A stretch of DNA of 64,000 nt from an uncultured Bacteriovorax sp. (GTDB lineage: Bacteria; Bdellovibrionota; UBA1018). The DNA lies in NCBI GenBank assembly GCA_964432565.1, contig CAYSOA010000005.1:24022-88021 (forward strand). Direction: 5' to 3'. The translations under genes and the position numbers were made by a program. How positions within the stretch are numbered: the stretch's first letter is position 1; each line of letters begins with the position of its first letter. Under the pieces are notes generated by a model that was not told where the DNA came from, ran no database searches, and worked only from the letters and a program-made list of their open reading frames with translations. Of this stretch, positions 41,641 through 51,529 are shown in pieces.

Positions 41641-42372
41641 ATGGTGCAGTTTTTTGCGGTTCGCTCACGGCGGTTGGCCTTGGTACTCGCCATCATCTCT
41701 TTTCCCTTGGTTTCGCGCGCTGAGTCCTTTGCCCGGCCGGCCTCTGTAGGCTTTTATCCGCTTTGGGAAAACACCGGATATGTCGAGCCGCACCGCCACT
41801 TTTATCTCGGCACGAATGGGAGTGTTCTCGGCCTGCAGGATTGGGGACAGGTCGTCGTTCAGCCGCTCAACTTTCTGTATCGAACGCCGAACTTCGGCTT
41901 CAAGTTTCGCCTGCCGTGGCAGTCGTCATGGAGTACCGCGCTTCAGGTCAGTACCTTTTACCTGCTCGAAATGGCCAGTCGGGCGACGCTTTCCCCACAA
42001 TACAGTTCTCGAATCGATAACCCGGACTATCGCGTCTTGCTCGTTCCGGTGTCCCTCTCTGCGAGTCGTCGGTTTTCAGATGCCATCACGGTCCATCAGA
42101 CCCTGACCTTCCTCGCGCTTTTCAGTTCAGGATCCCTGCAGGATGCCGTGACGCCCGCGTATTCGATCGTGGGTGAATTCGAGGCGCTATCCCGCCATTC
42201 CCTTCTGTTTCATCTGGCTGAGCTTGGGTTTTGGAATCATGACCATTTGATGGTGGGAGCATCGTATCGCTGGGCCGGAGAGCGCATGGAGTTTCGTGCC
42301 GGTTATTTTTATCGGGTCAGTGCCGGTGCGGCACAGTCGGCTCCGCTGGTATCGCTGGGGGTGTACTTGTGA
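41641..42372 (+). CDS. Hypothetical secreted protein, possibly an outer-membrane beta-barrel
   Basis: Signal peptide MVQFFAVRSRRLALVLAIISFPLVSRA. Alternating hydrophobic beta-strand-like segments. Stop overlaps the next gene's start. Confidence 0.35.
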   Translation: MVQFFAVRSRRLALVLAIISFPLVSRAESFARPASVGFYPLWENTGYVEPHRHFYLGTNGSVLGLQDWGQVVVQPLNFLYRTPNFGFKFRLPWQSSWSTALQVSTFYLLEMASRATLSPQYSSRIDNPDYRVLLVPVSLSASRRFSDAITVHQTLTFLALFSSGSLQDAVTPAYSIVGEFEALSRHSLLFHLAELGFWNHDHLMVGASYRWAGERMEFRAGYFYRVSAGAAQSAPLVSLGVYL

Positions 42373-43868
42373 GTCGTCGCCCGTGGATCTTCGCCCCTTT
42401 GGTGCTGGCCATCCTCTCGGCGTGTGACTGGACGCAGTTTGCCTTCATGAACAGCATTCCCTTCAAGGGTGATCCCTCGAAGAACCCAGAGGTTCGAGTC
42501 TATCTCGGTATCGACGGTCTTTCTTATTATTCGGTGCTGGATGCGCAGGCTAGGGGAGCCTTTCGAGGCGGAGAGTGGTCGCTGGCAAAGTCGATCGCCC
42601 CCTTTCCTGTCACTTCCGACGCCAACTGGACCCGAATCTTGAGAACGCAGCCCATCGAGGGCTACGAGCTCGAGTATTACGATCCGATCTCGGATCGAAT
42701 CGAGAACCCCGGGCTTTTAGGGCTCGTGCGCCACATCATGCCGGTTTTTAATGAGTCACTGAACCTCTCGGCTCCTTGGTGGAACGGCTTCGATCACACT
42801 GGCAGCGGTTATTTTTCTTCGATTTCGGCGTACTCCGATGTTTACGCCAGCCTGGGAGAGTCGCTGGACAGCCTATTTTTTCTTTTGGAGGGACGTGCAG
42901 AAACCGCGTCGACCTTTTCCGCGTACCTGTTGGAGTTCGATGTGCTCGGCCACATGGAGCACCGCATGGACTCGGCGGATGCCCTGATGCTGCTTTCGCG
43001 AAAGATCGATCAATTCGTGCGACGCCACCCCGAGCGTCGATTCTATTTCACGATCTTCTCGGATCACGGAATGGATTTCATGCCTTCGGCGCCCGACAAG
43101 CTGGTGATGATGGATGAGGAACTTCCAAAGGTAGGCGTCCAGGCGGTGCGTACTCTTTCTGGGCGTGACCCCACCCCAGGTCCCTATGCGGTTCCGGTGA
43201 TTCACACCCGTGTTTCGTACTCGTCGCTTCATACGCACCCTTCGTTGGTCGAAGAGGTGGCCGGACGCGTGAGTCGGCTTCCGTCGGTCGATGTTGCAGT
43301 CGGAGGGCTTCCTGCGCCGGTGACCGACCCGGGGGCTCCTCGTCCTTTGGAGTGGTTTGGCATCTGGGCGGACGGAAGTCTTGCCGCTTACTTCGGCTTC
43401 GATGCGACCACCGACGAGTATTATCTGCCGCCCGGACAAGACTACGCGCGGCTGGGGCTGGATTCGTCGATCTCCTCCGGCCCCGGATTTCGAGTCATTG
43501 GTGATGACGCGCTCTTTGCCCTGGTGAGTGACAAGAAGTATCCCGATCTATTTTACCGAATTCGCACCGGGCTTTCCGCAGTCGGGGTTCGGTATCCCGG
43601 ACAGGTGCTGGTGTCGTTTCGCGAGCTTTATGCTTCGCGAGGATTTACGGCGCTTCCGGGCGCCGATCAGGTCGCCAACGAAGGGTTTCATGGGGCCCTC
43701 AGCGAAGGTGGCAGCCTCGGAACGCTCCTGACCAACGAGACATCGGTTCCTGCAGTAGTCCGAGCCGAATCCGTGGTGGATCTGTTTCCGGCGCTCGAGC
43801 GGCACCTGCACCAGAGCCGTGGGCTGAAGGTCCATTCCGTCGATGCTCACCACGGCCTGCGCTACTGA
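42369..43868 (+). CDS. Lipoprotein of the alkaline-phosphatase superfamily (type I phosphodiesterase / nucleotide pyrophosphatase-like)
   Basis: Lipobox LAILSAC. FTIFSDHGMDF resembles the metal-ligand DHG motif of the Phosphodiest family. Confidence 0.4.
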   Translation: MSRRPWIFAPLVLAILSACDWTQFAFMNSIPFKGDPSKNPEVRVYLGIDGLSYYSVLDAQARGAFRGGEWSLAKSIAPFPVTSDANWTRILRTQPIEGYELEYYDPISDRIENPGLLGLVRHIMPVFNESLNLSAPWWNGFDHTGSGYFSSISAYSDVYASLGESLDSLFFLLEGRAETASTFSAYLLEFDVLGHMEHRMDSADALMLLSRKIDQFVRRHPERRFYFTIFSDHGMDFMPSAPDKLVMMDEELPKVGVQAVRTLSGRDPTPGPYAVPVIHTRVSYSSLHTHPSLVEEVAGRVSRLPSVDVAVGGLPAPVTDPGAPRPLEWFGIWADGSLAAYFGFDATTDEYYLPPGQDYARLGLDSSISSGPGFRVIGDDALFALVSDKKYPDLFYRIRTGLSAVGVRYPGQVLVSFRELYASRGFTALPGADQVANEGFHGALSEGGSLGTLLTNETSVPAVVRAESVVDLFPALERHLHQSRGLKVHSVDAHHGLRY

Positions 43869-43874
43869 GAGGCG

Positions 43875-44507
43875 TCAACGTTCCTGTCGGGAGATCTTTC
43901 CGGCTGCTCGCAGAAGGGTTTCCAGCATTCCCCGTGACACTTCCTCCGGCTTTCGGTGGGGCGTATCGGCCTCCTCGTAGGCGGTCGCCTCAACCAGGTT
44001 CTGAGCGGTCTGCTTCAGTTCGATCCAGCCGCAAAAGTGCTTGAAGCGCTCATCGCCGGACACTTTTTGATAGTCGATTCGGTAATGCTTGTCTGGACTC
44101 AGCTCGCGAAGACGCCACTGTTCGAGCCAGTTGAGGGTGATAAAGAATACCGGCTTGAGCCGGACCTGAACCATGGCCTCTCGTAGCAGCCCCTCGCCAG
44201 CGGGGACGTCACGGGTTGTGAAGGTCGTATTCTTCGGATTCTTGATGGTGGCCGGGTTCCAGAGCTGCTCCCTGAGTGTCGTCAGTTGGCCACTGAGAGT
44301 GATCTTCGCCGCGCCCCAGGCCCCGTGCGGCTTTTCGAAAGTGCCGAGTTGCCCGTGTTGAATCAGGGCTTCGGGGTACTTCAAGGAGCCGCTCCAGGTT
44401 TCGCCGACGGAGGCTCGACAGGGCTTGGGTTCGGCACCCGCCTCACTCGAAGAGACGACGGCAAGCACGACCAAAAGGGCAGCTCGAGAAATCGCCATAG
44501 TCCCCAT
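43875..44507 (-). CDS. Hypothetical secreted protein (210 aa)
   Basis: N-terminal signal peptide MAISRAALLVVLAVVSSSEAGA. No recognisable domain. Confidence 0.35.
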   Translation of the reverse strand: MGTMAISRAALLVVLAVVSSSEAGAEPKPCRASVGETWSGSLKYPEALIQHGQLGTFEKPHGAWGAAKITLSGQLTTLREQLWNPATIKNPKNTTFTTRDVPAGEGLLREAMVQVRLKPVFFITLNWLEQWRLRELSPDKHYRIDYQKVSGDERFKHFCGWIELKQTAQNLVEATAYEEADTPHRKPEEVSRGMLETLLRAAGKISRQER

Positions 44508-44564
44508 TCTACACGATGAGGTGCCTTCGGGTCATCCCGCCCCCTGCCATGCTAGAGTGGCAGC

Positions 44565-45323
44565 ATGGACACTGCTCTCCCTCTGGCGCTCGCCGGCATG
44601 GTTGCGGGCCTGGTTGATGCCGTAGTCGGAGGCGGCGGGCTGATCACGCTGCCCTCGCTGATGCTGGTGCTCGGTTCAGGGCCGCTTGCCGTGGGATCGA
44701 ACAAGATTCCCGGAACCCTCGCGGCACTGTCGGCGCTGCTCGTCTACTGGCGCGGCGGACATCTCTGGGCTCGCACGGGAGCGGTCTTCTCGGCCGCGTT
44801 ATTTGTCGGTGCCTGGTGCGGGAGTGTCGCGTCGCCCCGGCTCCCTGCCGAGGCGTTCAAGGGGCTGCTGCTGGTGAGCGTTCCCCTCGTACTGGGAGTC
44901 GTCGTTTCGCGCCCCATCTGGATGCGGCGCGTAGAGGCACACGAGCAAAAGTCGGATGTTTTGACTCGTCGAAGCGTGTTGCGCCTGAGCGTGCTTGGTG
45001 GACTGGTCGGGTTCTATGATGGTGCCTGGGGCCCTGGCGGAGGGACCTTCATGTTTCTGGCTCTGCTCTTTGGAGCTGAAATCCCCCTTCTTCCGGCGAT
45101 GGCCACGGCCAAGCTCGCAAACGTCACTTCTGCCGGAGCGTCATTGATCAGCTACAGCCTGCAGGATCTGGTTTCGCCCGTCGAAGGATTGGCGGTGGCC
45201 TCGGGGGCCGTCGTCGGAGCGCTGATGGGTGCAAGGCTTGCCCGGCGAGCCGCCACTCAACTGGTTCGCCCCGCCCTGGTTGCGATTTCCGTTCTTCTGC
45301 TTCTCAGGGTCTTTCAGTCTTGA
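44565..45323 (+). CDS. TSUP-family (TauE/SafE, DUF81) sulfite/anion exporter
   Basis: 252 aa, 7-8 TM. Glycine-rich VDAVVGGGGLITLPSLMLVLG N-terminal motif typical of TauE/SafE, with an internal repeat GFYDGAWGPGGGTF. Confidence 0.75.
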   Translation: MDTALPLALAGMVAGLVDAVVGGGGLITLPSLMLVLGSGPLAVGSNKIPGTLAALSALLVYWRGGHLWARTGAVFSAALFVGAWCGSVASPRLPAEAFKGLLLVSVPLVLGVVVSRPIWMRRVEAHEQKSDVLTRRSVLRLSVLGGLVGFYDGAWGPGGGTFMFLALLFGAEIPLLPAMATAKLANVTSAGASLISYSLQDLVSPVEGLAVASGAVVGALMGARLARRAATQLVRPALVAISVLLLLRVFQS

Positions 45324-45396
45324 GCCCAACGCCCTACAATCAAGAGCGTTCCTTCAATTTAAAATTGAACAACCCGTCTTAGAGGAGAACTCCCTA

Positions 45397-45978
45397 ATGA
45401 AGAAGCTTCTGTTTTTCGCTGCCCTGCTGGGTGCCTCGGTTCCTTCGGTGCGTGCTGCTGACTATGTCATCGATGGGGCGCACTCGAGCGCCAACTTCAA
45501 GATTCGTCACCTGATCGCCAAGGTCTCTGGAGGGTTCAACGACTTCTCGGGCGAGTTCTCGTTCGACGAGAAGAATCCGAAGGCTTTTACGGGAGGCTTT
45601 ACGATTCAGGCTTCGAGCATCAATACGAATAACGCCGATCGTGACAAGCACCTGCGAAGCCCCGATTTTTTCGACGCCGAAAAACATGCGACACTCACCT
45701 TCAAAGCCAAGTCGCTGAAGGCGGCGGGAAAGAACAAGTTCAAGTTGCTGGGCGACTTCACGATGCGAGGTGTGACGCGTCCTGTGACTTTTGACGTCGA
45801 GTACACCGGGTCCGGAAAGGATCCCTGGGGTAACGAGAAGGTGGGCTTTAGCGCGACCACCAAAATCAGCCGCAAAGATTTTGGAATGAGCTGGAACAAG
45901 ACGCTCGATACCGGCGGCATCCTGCTTGGCGACGATGTGGAGATCGATGTCCAGGTAGAAGGCAATGCCAAGAAGTAG
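45397..45978 (+). CDS. YceI-family periplasmic (polyisoprenoid-binding-like) protein
   Basis: Signal peptide MKKLLFFAALLGASVPSVRA, then ADYVIDGAHSSANFKIRHLIAKVSGGFNDFSGEF, a typical YceI N-terminal motif. ATG 45397. Confidence 0.75.
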   Translation: MKKLLFFAALLGASVPSVRAADYVIDGAHSSANFKIRHLIAKVSGGFNDFSGEFSFDEKNPKAFTGGFTIQASSINTNNADRDKHLRSPDFFDAEKHATLTFKAKSLKAAGKNKFKLLGDFTMRGVTRPVTFDVEYTGSGKDPWGNEKVGFSATTKISRKDFGMSWNKTLDTGGILLGDDVEIDVQVEGNAKK

Positions 45979-46858
45979 GTCGTTGCAGAGTGTCGGAGTC
46001 GTGGGCGCAGCGCTGCTGGTTTTCGGCTGCGCCCAGATCCCACTTCGCCAGCCCGCCCAACAGGGGGCAACCTGCCCTCTTGCGGGCAGCGGTGAGACCA
46101 AGGGGGATTGTCCCTGGGCAGGCTGGGTTCGGGATTACGAGGCCGGCTTGGTGTCCGCCTCAGACCTTCCCGAAGAGATATCCAGCTCACTTGTGCGTGA
46201 CCGTTCGGATTCGGCCCTGCATGACGCCTGGGGTATGAGCCTGAACTTTGACTCGGGCGCGCGGGCAGAAATCGTCACCCGACGTGTGCTCGAGGAACTT
46301 GCCGCAAGATTCGGAGTGGCCCTTTCCTCGAGCGCAGGCCGAACCATCCAGCACGCGGGACTCATTCACACCTACGGGTATCTGCTCAGTAATCTTCAGA
46401 CCCCGTTTGGTTACAAGCGCGCTCGCTGGGTGGGTGGGGTGGTAGATCGGGGCCTGGGCCTCCCGGCCGGCACCCTGGGACCCGACCGCCGGGGCGAGAC
46501 CACACTCCTGTCGCGCGCAACGGCCTTGTTCATGCGCGTCGCAGCCCATCAGGATGCGGATCTGTGGCGGACCTGGGAGCGCCGGCTCGCAGCCCGCGCG
46601 GGCGACGATATTCGCCGGCTTCGGTTGCCGCCCATCTCACGAAAAACGGAGACCTATCGGCTGAAGTCAGGCGAGCGAGTCGAACTGGTGACGGATCTGG
46701 TCGAATTACCCCACGATTCAGCGGGGTCGCGCCTGTTGGTTTACTCTGTTCGACGCGGCCGGGAGATCCGGCTGATTACCGGGTTTCCAGTGGATTCCGG
46801 CTTTCGCGAGCGTCCAGGCAACCCGGCGCGTCCCCGCTACAATGCGTGGCTCGAGTAG
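45965..46858 (+). CDS. Hypothetical lipoprotein
   Basis: Lipobox LLVFGCAQ. No recognisable domain. Confidence 0.35.
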   Translation: MPRSRSLQSVGVVGAALLVFGCAQIPLRQPAQQGATCPLAGSGETKGDCPWAGWVRDYEAGLVSASDLPEEISSSLVRDRSDSALHDAWGMSLNFDSGARAEIVTRRVLEELAARFGVALSSSAGRTIQHAGLIHTYGYLLSNLQTPFGYKRARWVGGVVDRGLGLPAGTLGPDRRGETTLLSRATALFMRVAAHQDADLWRTWERRLAARAGDDIRRLRLPPISRKTETYRLKSGERVELVTDLVELPHDSAGSRLLVYSVRRGREIRLITGFPVDSGFRERPGNPARPRYNAWLE

Positions 46859-46924
46859 GGCTTTTGGCAAAAAACGGGATGAAAAACAGAAACCCCGCTG
46901 CTAGAGTGGGTTCGACCCTGTCGC

Positions 46925-47014
46925 GGAGAGATGGCCGAGTGGTCGAAGGCACACCCTTGCTAAGGGTGCAGGGGAGAAATCCCCTCGAGAGTTCGAATCT
47001 CTCTCTCTCCGCCA
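46925..47014 (+). tRNA. tRNA-Ser (anticodon GCT)
   Basis: Same acceptor stem as the upstream tRNA-Ser, anticodon loop TTGCTAA, long variable arm, TTCGAAT T-loop and an encoded CCA. Confidence 0.85.
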
Positions 47015-47032
47015 CTTTTCATTCCTGTCCCA

Positions 47033-47881
47033 GTGAAGCTTTTTGACCGGAAGTTTGGAAACGCCTTCCTCGACTCCGTGCCCCTCGATCCGGGGGTGTA
47101 TCGCTATCTGGACGCCTCTGGAGAAATCCTCTACGTCGGCAAGGCGATTCGGCTCAGGCGCAGGCTACAGCAGTACCGCAACGCCACGCGCCTGAAGCGC
47201 CATCGTAAGATGCGCGAGATCCTCCGTGCCGCGGCCTCGCTCGAATTTGAAACCTGTGTTGACCATCGGACGGCCTGCCTTCTGGAGCTGAAGCAGATTC
47301 AGGAATGGCGCCCCCGGTTCAATGTGGCCTCCGCCTACTCTTTTCTTTACCCCTTTGTTGGGGTTCGGCAGGGCGAAGGAGGTCGGCTGGAGCTTTTCCT
47401 GACTTCGGACATCGGCAGGCTGCAGGATCAGTCGGAAGTCTCGTGGCATGGGGCGTTTCGTTCGCGCTACTGGGCCAGACAGCTCTTCGAGGGGCTGGAC
47501 GAGCTTCTCGGGTATGTCGCTCACCGCGTTTCATCAGCAAAGCGCGTGGTGCCTCGAACGCGCGGGGTCTGGGTGCTCGAGTTCAGGGCGGTTCCCCGAG
47601 CGGTCGGACGTGAGCTCGAAGGGTTTCTTTCGGGCCGACCGGAGAATACGTTTCTGGCTGAGTTGTCCCTGTTACTTCTTGAAAACGCGGGGGCACGCAT
47701 TCGGCGTTCGGAAATTCAAGAGCTGCTTCGCAATCAAGAGCGGTTTTGGAAAAATGAATGCGCTCGCCTTCATCGTGCCCGGCTTGCAGTCGGATGTAGC
47801 GAGTATCCCGTGGCCCAGCATCGGCGGGATGAGATCTTTCTGGTCGAAAGACTAGGCTGCGCGCCGGGCCTTGGCCGGTAG
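47033..47881 (+). CDS. GIY-YIG nuclease-domain protein, UvrC N-terminal-like (Cho-like)
   Basis: GVYRYLDASGEILYVGKAIRLRRRLQQY and EFETCVDHRTACLLELKQIQEWRPRFNV match the UvrC/Cho GIY-YIG core. Length 282 aa is similar to Cho. GTG start lies 19 nt after the tRNA. Confidence 0.55.
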   Translation: MKLFDRKFGNAFLDSVPLDPGVYRYLDASGEILYVGKAIRLRRRLQQYRNATRLKRHRKMREILRAAASLEFETCVDHRTACLLELKQIQEWRPRFNVASAYSFLYPFVGVRQGEGGRLELFLTSDIGRLQDQSEVSWHGAFRSRYWARQLFEGLDELLGYVAHRVSSAKRVVPRTRGVWVLEFRAVPRAVGRELEGFLSGRPENTFLAELSLLLLENAGARIRRSEIQELLRNQERFWKNECARLHRARLAVGCSEYPVAQHRRDEIFLVERLGCAPGLGR

Positions 47882-49837
47882 AGATGGCTTTCGAGAATGT
47901 GGCAGAACCTCGCTGACCTGCTGTTCGCGGGCCGGGGGCTTTCGCGTCCGGTTGCGTGCCAGGGAGGGGCCAGGGGGCGGCAGTTCCGGAGCCTTGGGCA
48001 CCGCAGTTGCTGTGGGGTCGTGGTCGACTGAGAGTTCCCGAATCTGGGTCAGGGTTGCGTCGATTCCTTCTGTACCAGTCGGAGAGCGAGTGAACTCTGC
48101 GAGAGTTTGTCGCGAACGCTGATCGAGCTCATCCAAATGGGAGTGCAACTGCGAGAGGAGCTGCCCCTGGTCCTCTCGACGCAGATGAAGCTCGTGGGAG
48201 GCTTCGCCGGCAATGGCGGAATTTTCGAGAATCACGCGAATGGACTCCTGAAGCCTTCGAATCGAGTTCCGCTGGGTCTCGATCAACTGACTCAGGCGGG
48301 TTTGCACGATTTGAGGGGCAGCGTGTGCGACCTCTGGCCGATGCTTCGAGCCCTCGCTTGGGCTGGAAAGGGTGTCGAGATTCGTGGGGGCCTCTTCGAG
48401 GGCCCTGGCCAACTGCTTGGCGGAGTCGGCGGAAATTCGAGCGAGGTTAGCCAGTTCTTCTGCCACCAGGGCGATTCCCCGCCCACCCTCGCCGACGCGA
48501 TCAGCCTCTACAGCGGCATTGAACGACAGCAGCTTGGTCTGAAAGGCGAACTCTCCGAACGAACCGGCCTGCTCGCGGACCCGATCGATCCAGTCATGCA
48601 AGGGCTTGAGTGCCTCGCCATTCCAGGTGATCGCTGCGGTGGCCGGTTCTGCTGCAGGAGATGGCGCGGCGACCGAACCTGCCAGTGTCTCGACTGCGGG
48701 AATGTCTTCGAGAGAGGCGGAAAGCCCCTCGAGAACGACTCGAGCCTGCTCGGCCGAGATCTGCAGCCCACTGGCGGATTTCTCGATCAGCCCGAGGACC
48801 GGAGATATCTCGAGGTGTGCCTGATGCAACGCCTGAAAGGGCGTACCCATCTGCTGGACCTTTTTCGTACAGCCGGTGATGTTCTCCGCATGTCGAACAC
48901 CTAGTTCGCGTCCCTTCTGGATTCCGTGCTCGATGGTGGAAATCTCATCCAGAATTCGGTCAAAGCGGGTGCGATAGCCAGAGGAGATCGTTCCGAACGA
49001 GAAGAGAAAGAAGCCCAGAGTCACCAGGCAGGTTCCGGCGATCACCGCCCAGTTCCACACCGGGAGGGTCGAGCTCATGGGAGCTGAAGAGACCAGAATC
49101 ATCCACTCGAGTCCCGCCGTGGTCCCAATCGGGGAATAGCCCCACAGTCCGGTGGCGTCCTGGTGCGCGCCAGCGGCGCGTCTGGAGAGCGCTCCAAACA
49201 ACTCCACCGAAAGACCCGGAACAGAGGCCTGTGAGGTCACCGGATGAGTGAAGATCTGAATCTTTTCGTTTCGTCGCGACTCGGTCTGAAGCAGGGATTC
49301 GAGCTTTCGTATGCTGACCTGTCCGGCGATCACGCCCGGCCCATTGCCTCGCACTGATGAAGCAGGAACTGCAAGAGACAGAACGCCATCTCGCACGTCT
49401 GCGCCAAAGGCACCCGAACGCGTCACCGAGCTCTGCCGAAGGACTTCGCGAAACCAGCCTTCACCCGAGAAGTCTTCGAACTCGGACTGGTCGATCGCAG
49501 ACGAGGCGACGAGGCGGCCCTGGTTGTCGGCGATGAGAATCCGCTCGAAGAAATCATCGACGCCGGCGTAGAGTGCGAGCGCGTCTGAGGCTTCCTTGCG
49601 TATCCCTGCTGCAAGCCGGCTTTTCGCGAGCCCCTGAAGGGCCCGAAGCTCTGCGCCGAGCTTCTGGTTGATTCGCTCTGAGAGTTCGGCCGTATGGATG
49701 GCAAGTTGCGACTGGGTGAAGCGAAGTCGCTGATCGTGGCTGGCATGAAAGCCCAGCCAGACCCCTGTGCCGATGGACAGGATGACCAGTGCGGTCGCCG
49801 TGTAGCGCAGCCATTTGGGGTGTCGAGGAGTGATCAT
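47852..49837 (-). CDS. Methyl-accepting chemotaxis protein (two TM, periplasmic sensor domain)
   Basis: Signalling-domain core LLSFNAAVEADRVGEGGRGIALVAEELANLA. Topology is an N-terminal TM, a roughly 270-aa periplasmic region, then a second TM. Confidence 0.8.
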   Translation of the reverse strand: MITPRHPKWLRYTATALVILSIGTGVWLGFHASHDQRLRFTQSQLAIHTAELSERINQKLGAELRALQGLAKSRLAAGIRKEASDALALYAGVDDFFERILIADNQGRLVASSAIDQSEFEDFSGEGWFREVLRQSSVTRSGAFGADVRDGVLSLAVPASSVRGNGPGVIAGQVSIRKLESLLQTESRRNEKIQIFTHPVTSQASVPGLSVELFGALSRRAAGAHQDATGLWGYSPIGTTAGLEWMILVSSAPMSSTLPVWNWAVIAGTCLVTLGFFLFSFGTISSGYRTRFDRILDEISTIEHGIQKGRELGVRHAENITGCTKKVQQMGTPFQALHQAHLEISPVLGLIEKSASGLQISAEQARVVLEGLSASLEDIPAVETLAGSVAAPSPAAEPATAAITWNGEALKPLHDWIDRVREQAGSFGEFAFQTKLLSFNAAVEADRVGEGGRGIALVAEELANLARISADSAKQLARALEEAPTNLDTLSSPSEGSKHRPEVAHAAPQIVQTRLSQLIETQRNSIRRLQESIRVILENSAIAGEASHELHLRREDQGQLLSQLHSHLDELDQRSRQTLAEFTRSPTGTEGIDATLTQIRELSVDHDPTATAVPKAPELPPPGPSLARNRTRKPPAREQQVSEVLPHSRKPSLPAKARRAA

Positions 49838-50322
49838 GCGGCAGTTTTCTGCACGGCCGTAGCCGTCGCTTTTTCCTCCGCATTGAGAACCCGCTCGGGG
49901 TTGATGACTAAGACCATGGTCTCTCGAAGATGAAACAGCCCTTCAATGAACTGCGGGGTGGCGACTCTGCCGTTTCGAGGCACTTCGACGAACTGTTCGG
50001 GGGCGGGTGCGAAGACGGCCTGAATCCCGTCAACCAGCAGGCCGAGCGTCATGTCATCAAGTGTGCAGATCACGACCGCCTGTTCGGGCAACTGATCCTG
50101 ACTCGAGAGATCGAGTTTGATTCGAAGGTCTACGACGGGAATGGCACGGCCTCGAACATGGGCCAGTCCCTTGAAGTAGTCGGGCATCATCGGGATTCGG
50201 GTCACCCGAGGAAGAGGAATGACTTCGCGCACGAGGGTCAGCGGAATGGCATAGTCCTCGGATCCCAGACGAAACTGTAGGAACCGCGACTTCAGTGCTC
50301 TTTCCAGAAACGGCGCACTCAT
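49834..50322 (-). CDS. cheW: Chemotaxis coupling protein CheW
   Basis: 162 aa. FLQFRLGSEDYAIPLTLVREV and GLAHVRGRAIPVVDL are typical CheW. Confidence 0.8.
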   Translation of the reverse strand: MSAPFLERALKSRFLQFRLGSEDYAIPLTLVREVIPLPRVTRIPMMPDYFKGLAHVRGRAIPVVDLRIKLDLSSQDQLPEQAVVICTLDDMTLGLLVDGIQAVFAPAPEQFVEVPRNGRVATPQFIEGLFHLRETMVLVINPERVLNAEEKATATAVQKTAA

Positions 50323-50587
50323 TTTGACATTCCCCTTCTCACTGGCTTATCGGAACGACGGGCGCCGGCTTTAAGGTCTTTTTTGTCAAAAATTTGACGG
50401 GCCGTGGAGTCTGTCTGGTGCCGGCTGGCACCCGGGGCGGTCGCGGCGGCGACCGAATTCACGTGCCTGCTCGGGCAGTTCTGTGTCTTACAGGACTTCA
50501 AACGGCGATCAGTAGCGCCAAGGTGTTGACGTTACCTCAAAAGTGACTTGAAGGATTTGGAATAACTCGACGAAATCTGGCCTGTTT

Positions 50588-51190
50588 TCAGCCGCCCTCA
50601 AAAACCCGGTCCTGCAGGCGCCGCAGCTCGAGAGCGAAGTCCTGAACGAGAAGCCGTGCCGGAGACGGGCTCGTAAGGCGCGAGGAAAGGAGTTTGAGGA
50701 TCTCCTTGCCATACCAGGCGTGGTTCATGGCGTGGCTGGGGCGTCGGCGCCACACCTCGGCGGGCGGGGCGGTACGAAGTTCGGCGGCCAGCTCGGTCAG
50801 CTCGTGAAGCTCCTCGCATCCGACCACCAGCAGCGCCTCAGGGGGCACCTGTTGAAGCTTTGACAGGTAGGCCTTTTTCGTCAGCTCCCACCGGTGCTTC
50901 TCCATCAGTTCCGGAGGGAGTTCTGGGGAAAGCTCAGGATCGGTGAAGGCGCCGACAAGCGCGGCGACAGCAGGACCGAACTCTCCTTCGATATCCTGAA
51001 GCGAGATTTCGCCCAGCCCGGGGGTGTCGTGCAGTAGAGCTGCGGCGATCTGTTCCTCAGTTCCCCCAAAGCGAACAACCAGCGAGGCCGTGGCCATGGG
51101 GTGGCTGAGAAACGGAGTGATCCCATCGAGCCGGAACTGCCCGGCATGGGCGCGCTCGGCCCACGCAATGGCACGTGAAAGCAGGCTCAT
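50588..51190 (-). CDS. HD-domain protein resembling the RelA/SpoT (p)ppGpp hydrolase domain (small alarmone hydrolase-like)
   Basis: AHAGQFRLDGITPFLSHPMATASLV...AALLHDTPG...FGPAVAALVGAFTD parallels the SpoT HD motif (HP, AALLHD, FG..VA.LV). Start chosen at ATG 51190 (ATGA overlap with the upstream gene); the ORF track extends to 51430. Confidence 0.55.
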   Translation of the reverse strand: MSLLSRAIAWAERAHAGQFRLDGITPFLSHPMATASLVVRFGGTEEQIAAALLHDTPGLGEISLQDIEGEFGPAVAALVGAFTDPELSPELPPELMEKHRWELTKKAYLSKLQQVPPEALLVVGCEELHELTELAAELRTAPPAEVWRRRPSHAMNHAWYGKEILKLLSSRLTSPSPARLLVQDFALELRRLQDRVFEGG

Positions 51191-51516
51191 GGCATCACCC
51201 AGCGGTGGATGAAGTAGGCCGCCGTCAGCAGCGCCACCCCCGAAGCGTAGAGTGCCCCAAACCCCAGCCGAAGCCTGTCGGCCAGCAAAAAGGGAATGAA
51301 GAAGGTGAGCGAAAGGGGAACGCTCACGAGAATGCTTCGAGCGAACTCCACCGACTTTGCCGAGTCGCGATGTTCGGCCTGGGTGAATAGCAGGGCAATC
51401 ATCGAAGAAATCGGCAGCGCAATGATCCATCCCGCGAGTCGAGGATTCCTTCCTGCAAGCCAGGACGAACCGGTGATGACCGAGACCGAGATGGCGATTT
51501 TCAGTAGCGGCAGCAT
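51187..51516 (-). CDS. Small integral membrane protein (about 109 aa, 3-4 TM), hypothetical
   Basis: Hydrophobic ORF between the CxxCH protein gene and the HD gene. Stop overlaps the HD-gene start. Confidence 0.3.
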   Translation of the reverse strand: MLPLLKIAISVSVITGSSWLAGRNPRLAGWIIALPISSMIALLFTQAEHRDSAKSVEFARSILVSVPLSLTFFIPFLLADRLRLGFGALYASGVALLTAAYFIHRWVMP

Positions 51517-51529
51517 GAGAGACCTCCCC

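Noticed and set aside
50430-50470. CTGGCAC-N5-GCGG element resembling a sigma-54 -24/-12 promoter upstream of cheW
   Set aside because: The -12 element does not match the TTGC consensus, and the orientation points away from cheW with no plus-strand gene downstream for over 2 kb.
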